This document shows positions 58,880 through 64,000 of a stretch of 64,000 bases of DNA, piece by piece. The stretch covers positions 124,001 to 188,000 of the forward strand of contig CAXHJY010001591.1 in the NCBI GenBank assembly GCA_964016885.1, written 5' to 3'. The DNA comes from Eledone cirrhosa. Lineage: Eukaryota. The translations under genes and the position numbers were made by a program. The first letter of the stretch is position 1; each line of letters opens with the position of its first letter. The notes beneath the pieces were generated by a model that was not told the origin of the DNA, ran no database searches, and was given only the letters and a program-made list of their open reading frames with translations.

Positions 58880-60830
58880 ACCGTCAACATAATATTACAA
58901 CTAGAAAGAGAAAGAAAAGGGAAAGGAAAAAGGAAACAAAAACACAAGCAGGTAATACATACATCTAGGACCACATACAACAAAAGGCAGGCGAAAGGGG
59001 TGGACAAACGAACTTCTAGCAGAGCAAAAGATAATAATATCGCGAGCACTGAGAAACCTCTCTAATAATTTTTGAGGCCAGTCAGCATGCTCGCAGAATT
59101 ACCTCGGGTGATGGCGAGGATGATGCGTTGGAACAACCAAGCACCCTCACGAGTATCACCAGTTACCTCGGTTAGGTGAGCTGCCAGTGAAGATAAGAAC
59201 CTCGCAGTTAGCGGCTCCACTCCCCCTAACATCTTGAACGCCTCAAGCTAGAAAATGTAGTTAGTCGACAGATCACGGTATTTCAGGATTTTGTTGTGTT
59301 CGGCTACAGAAGCTGTAGCTCTCACTTTTACCGCTGCATCCAGGATGTGGGAAGAAGCAAAAGAAATACTAACTGTGACATCCCAGATAAGACACCTGCC
59401 TCTTATCCAGGGGCACAGGGGAAGACCATAGGTATTTTCCCATCAATTCTGGACAACCCAGATGGTTCCAAAATTGATGGGTTGTTTGCCTAAGCCAAAG
59501 CTCTCTTGATGAGGTCTAGCTCCCTGTGACACGCGAAGCGACTGGTATTCAGGCAGCAAGATAGGCCGTGCAGGCCTGTGGAATCGAGGATCTTCCCACA
59601 CCAACATTTCAGACCCGTACAGATGTCGGCTCCCACTCTGAACGCAATGGAGACATGAAGCTCGTCCAAGCTAAGTAGGCCACCAATGTTAGCCATGGGT
59701 AGGGCATCAACCCAATCACCTGAGTATTTGATGCTAACAGACAGTAAGTGGCACCTTGAGAACTGATCTGACTGGTCAAAGAGAGAGAGTCAAAGGTGGC
59801 TTTCAAATGTATGCTGTCCCAAGCTCTCTGACTCTGTTTGTCCTCCACCTTCTCAGGAACAGACAAGTCCAGCTCACTCCAGAAGAGCTTAATCCATCTC
59901 CCAGATGGAACTAGTCCATGTTGGAGAGGAGAGGATGTTGCTCACCAGGGTGGAGCAAGCATGGGTGTAGGAAAGGAAGCAAGGGAGAGAGACAGACGAA
60001 CATTTGTGTAGACCAAAACCACCAAATCGCTTGGGCAATGCAGCCTGACCACAGGACTCTGGAGAGTCTGACATTGACCAAGCATTCGAGTATTCACAGT
60101 TGTATAAATATGACATATTCTTACAGGATGAAAATAAAAATGCAATTAATTATTACTAGGAATCTCACAAATATAATACATAAAAATATATCAGATATAA
60201 TATACAAAAAGGGGAAGCAAAAACATAAACGAAAACGACCATCAATTCACCACCAAGTGTGACAATCGACCGTACATCATAAGGGTCAACGAAACACTTT
60301 GAAGCAAGCCAACACACTTGCAACATTTCCTCAGGTGATGGCGAGGCTAAGGCACTGAAACAATCAGGCACCCTTACGGGCATCACCTGACACCTCAGTA
60401 AGGCAATCTGCCAGCGATGACAAGAACTTCACTGTCAGTGGCCCAACTCCACCAAACGTCTCGAATGCCACAGGTTGGAAAAAATAATTATTAGATAAAT
60501 CAAGGTATTTCCAAATTTTATTCCGTTCAGCAATAGAAGTAGTGACCCCAACATTTACAGTAACATCCATGATGTGGGAGGGAGAAAAAGAGTCACTGAC
60601 AGCGGTGTCCCAGATGAGACACCTACCTCTTACCCAGTGACAAAGGGTAAGGCTATCTGGTCTCTTCCCATCACTTCTGGATAATCCAACCGGCTCCAGA
60701 ACTGAGGGGATATTTACCTGAGCCCGTTTGATGATCAGGTTTAGCTCAGTGTGGCAGGCAAAACAACTAGCAGCAGGACAAACCATGTAGGCCTGTGAAG
60801 TCGAGGGACCTACCACAATGACATCGCAGA
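58880..60830 (-). mobile_element. Two tandem CRE-clade (RLE) non-LTR retrotransposon 3' fragments
   Basis: QAALPKRFGGFG, FRVGADIC...CWCGK..DSTGLHGLSC, RELDLIKRAL, VLEPVGLSRSDGKRPD, LIWDTAV, AERNKIWKY, FQPVAFETFG. The putative 3' UTR at 58890-59035 recurs at 56935-57050. Confidence 0.8.
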
Positions 60831-61751
60831 CTCCCTTTAGCCTTCAAAACCGTTGGAAACTATTTGTTTTTTTCGGGTGCATTGGGGTATGGGTAATCTT
60901 TGAGTTCACAGGTTTGGAGCTTCCGACCCAGATTTGATATAGCAAACCTTTAACATTCTATTTATGACTATTCAGTGTTGTTTTTGTTTTTGTTTTTTAT
61001 AATTTATATGTCATAATTTACATTGTATAATGTGTCCTCATTTTGAGAGAGATTTTTAGTGTGCATTTATGTCTGCTATTTCTAGCAGATATATAGAGTA
61101 TGGCTGTATGGCTGGTATTAGGAAAAGCTTATAGCCATTGAAACCATGCCAAAAAGGGTTGAGAGGACCCTCTAGTTACAACAAGGCAACCTCTCTAGTG
61201 CTGATGTCACAAAAAAATGCACCCACTACACCCTGTAACATAGGAAGAACATCCTGCTGTAGAAAACATGCCATAAAAGGGTCCTGAGGACACTTCAGTT
61301 GTGTCAAAGGGATGACAACAACTCTTGTGTTAATGATCTACATGATAAATGCAGCCAGTACACTTTGTAAGGTGGTTGGTGGTTGGAAGGACATCCACTG
61401 TAGAAAACCTGCTAAATGAAGGGTCAGTTAGGCTCTTCAGCTGTGTCAAAAACATGACAACATTCTTAATGTAAGTGTCACGATAAAATGCACCCAATGC
61501 ACTAAGTAGAGTGCAAAAACGTAAGCTGGAAGTGGACCTCCAGCCCATTTTAGAAGTCAGTAGTTCTGATTAAGTACTGACCTGATCTGTGATGACATAT
61601 CCAACCCTTACTAACAGGGTAAATGGATGTTAAATGATGATTATGATATATATATATATATATAGTAATAATATATATGAAGACTAAAATCCAAAGAGGG
61701 CTCGATAAGGATTATATATATATATATATAAAACCTGTAGAGCAAATATTC

Positions 61752-63750
61752 ATTATATGTACAGATTAAAGTTTAAGCAAAGAATCGTTGCTTTCACCCT
61801 TTTACGGGATCTTCTGAAACATCCTGCTGTAGAGAACATGCCATAAAATATGTACATTCAAAGCAGAGACCTCACTCTCCAGTTGGTCCTCTTCGCAATC
61901 CCCACACAAGCCAGATCACTGACGATCCCAAAGAATGTGCAGAACTCATTGCTGAGTGCAATGCAAGCATTTTTACTGTTGAAAACCAGAATGTACCATC
62001 TCCACCATCTCTAACATCAAATTCCATAACAACTATGGAATTTACACCTGCAATGCTGCGACGTCACGTTAAGAATAAGCGCAACTATGCCTCCCCTGGT
62101 CTTGATGGTGTTACATACCTGCTTCTCAAACGTGCCGGGTACTTCCTTTTGCACCAGCTTTCTTTCTTCTTTCAATACTGTCTCAACTATGGTGCTACTC
62201 CAGAGCAGTGGAAAACTGCCAGTGTCATTCCCCTGTTCAAAAAGGACAACCGAACGTCACCTGTCAACTATCGTCCAGTCAGTCTTACTAGCTGTATTGC
62301 CAAACTGATGGAATCCTTTGGAACTTCTGGAGCTCTCACAGCCTTATCCGGCCCTCGCAATTTGGATTTATCCCTAACTGCAGCTGCTGTGATCAGCTTA
62401 TCGAGTTCCTTGAAGACATTACCCGGATCACTGACAGCGGCTCATGGGTGAATGTTGTTTACCTTGACTTCGCTAAGGCTTTTAATTCTGTGCCACACAA
62501 AAGACTTATGGCAAAATTCTCTGCAATGGGTGTGAAGGATAATCGTTTTAGCTGGTTGAAATCCTTCATTCTCACCCGAAAAGAGGTAGTCACGTTCTAG
62601 GACAGCATTCTTCACCATATGAGATGTCATCTGGTGTACCACAGGGATCTGTTCTTGGTCCCCTTTTGTTTTTGCATACATTAATGACATAGATGCCAAC
62701 TTAAAGAATGCCACAGTACTGAAATATGCAGATGACATCAAGCTGTACCTTGAAATCAAAAGGGCAGATCCTGAAATCTATAACTCTTTCCTACAATCAG
62801 ACCTGGACACAATGCAGCAATGGATCACAGACTAGCAACTGAAGCTGGCTGTGGACAAGTGTACCACCATGCATTTTGGGAGGAAAAATCCAGCGTCCAC
62901 ATACTCCCTCCACAACACTATCAAGAAGTCCTCTTGTGAACGTGACCTGGGCATTACTGTCAGCAGCGATTTGCGTTGGACAAAGCATGTCTCTAAGATT
63001 GTCAATAAGGCCGAGGGTGTCTTGGCATCACTCAGCAAGACCTTTGTTAGCCGCTCTCCAGCCATCTATTTAAAGCTGTATACAGCTATGGTACGACCAC
63101 ATTTGGATTCGCATCATCAGTCTGGAACCCCTATCTTGCTCAGAACATTGACCTCCTGGAAACTGTTCAGAGACGTGCAACCAAGCGCATACCCTCCATC
63201 AGACACCTACCATACTCTGAACGCCTTGCTTCCCTGGGCATGGATTCATTGAAGCTCCGACGTCTGGCAATGGACTTGGTAAACACCCACAAAGTTATTA
63301 ACCATCTCGCTAACAACAACCCTGAGCACCTTTTTGATCTCCATGTGTCTAACACACGTGGACATGCCTACAAAGTCAGAAAACAGCACAGCTCCCATGA
63401 CTTTCGGAAACATTTTTCACACTTAGAGTTGCTGAAGCATAGAACAAACTGCCTGTGTCAGTTGTTAGCTGCCGAGACACTGCATCCTTTAAAACTCTCA
63501 TGCTTCCCGAAATTCGCCAAAACTACACCTGATGTCCCCCTTCCATGCACGTGCACACATGTGTATATCATGACTCATGCTCTGTTTATTTTCCTGACGT
63601 TTGTACATTACCCTATGTACACTTTTGATGAGTTGTAGTGCACCTGAGCACTGTACACAATATTTTCATTATTATTTAAAAGGGTCCCGTAAGATCCTGT
63701 AAAAGGGTGAAAGCAGCGATTCTTTGCTTAAACTTTAATCTGAACATATG
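61752..63750. repeat. ~60-bp inverted repeat arms (61752-61813 / 63691-63750) now separated by the CR1 insertion
   Basis: cagattaaagtttaagcaaagaatcgttgctttcacccttttacgggatctt versus aagatcctgtaaaagggtgaaagcagcgattctttgcttaaactttaatctg. Confidence 0.85.
61850..63675 (+). mobile_element. CR1-clade LINE, 5'-truncated
   Basis: SPGLDG, NYRPVSLTS, YLDFAKAF, SGVPQGSVLGP, KYADDIKL, RDLGI, YTAMVRPHL, TRGHAYKV; 3' end gtgcacctgagcactgtacac followed by (ATT)n. Confidence 0.92.
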
Positions 63751-63933
63751 ATAAATATGTATATACATAAATATACACACATGTATATATACATCATCAT
63801 CATCACCATTTCACCTCTGTTTTCCCTGCTAGCAAAGGTGGATGGGTCATCACAGACAAAGTCAGTAAAGTGTTACTGACCCCTCAAATGAACTGAGAGC
63901 CACACCTTGTTTACAAACATCTTTGCATTTTAC

Positions 63934-63967
<34 letters not shown>

Positions 63968-64000
63968 CATTTGTAAAATTCTGTTATAATGTCATAATAC

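Overview
AT-rich, repeat-dense animal genomic DNA. The repeat repertoire (RTE, CR1, Tx1/L1, R4/Dong, CRE and Penelope retroelements, Meta/CORE-type tRNA SINEs, long (TA)n and (GAT)n tracts) suggests an octopod cephalopod; that assignment is inference. The one host gene I can support is a complete five-exon steroid 5-alpha-reductase (SRD5A1-like) on the minus strand, 57723->19654. Its coding exons are 293/167/102/151/67 nt (259 aa), all introns are GT-AG, and the catalytic Glu60 and Tyr95 are intact. Almost everything else recognisable is transposon-derived. The most striking structure is a nested stack in intron 1: a hAT MITE (TSD ATCTAATA) contains a Helitron, which contains a 7.25-kb composite of two different LTR elements. 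These are joined head-to-head, share a tRNA-Trp PBS, and are flanked by a single 4-bp TSD (TAGG). Both 5' LTRs are truncated and patched by an inverted copy of gag, as expected if two separate cDNAs were integrated together. The window also holds several minimal type I hammerhead ribozyme motifs in Penelope-like fold-back elements, one just 3' of the SRD5A1 stop codon.
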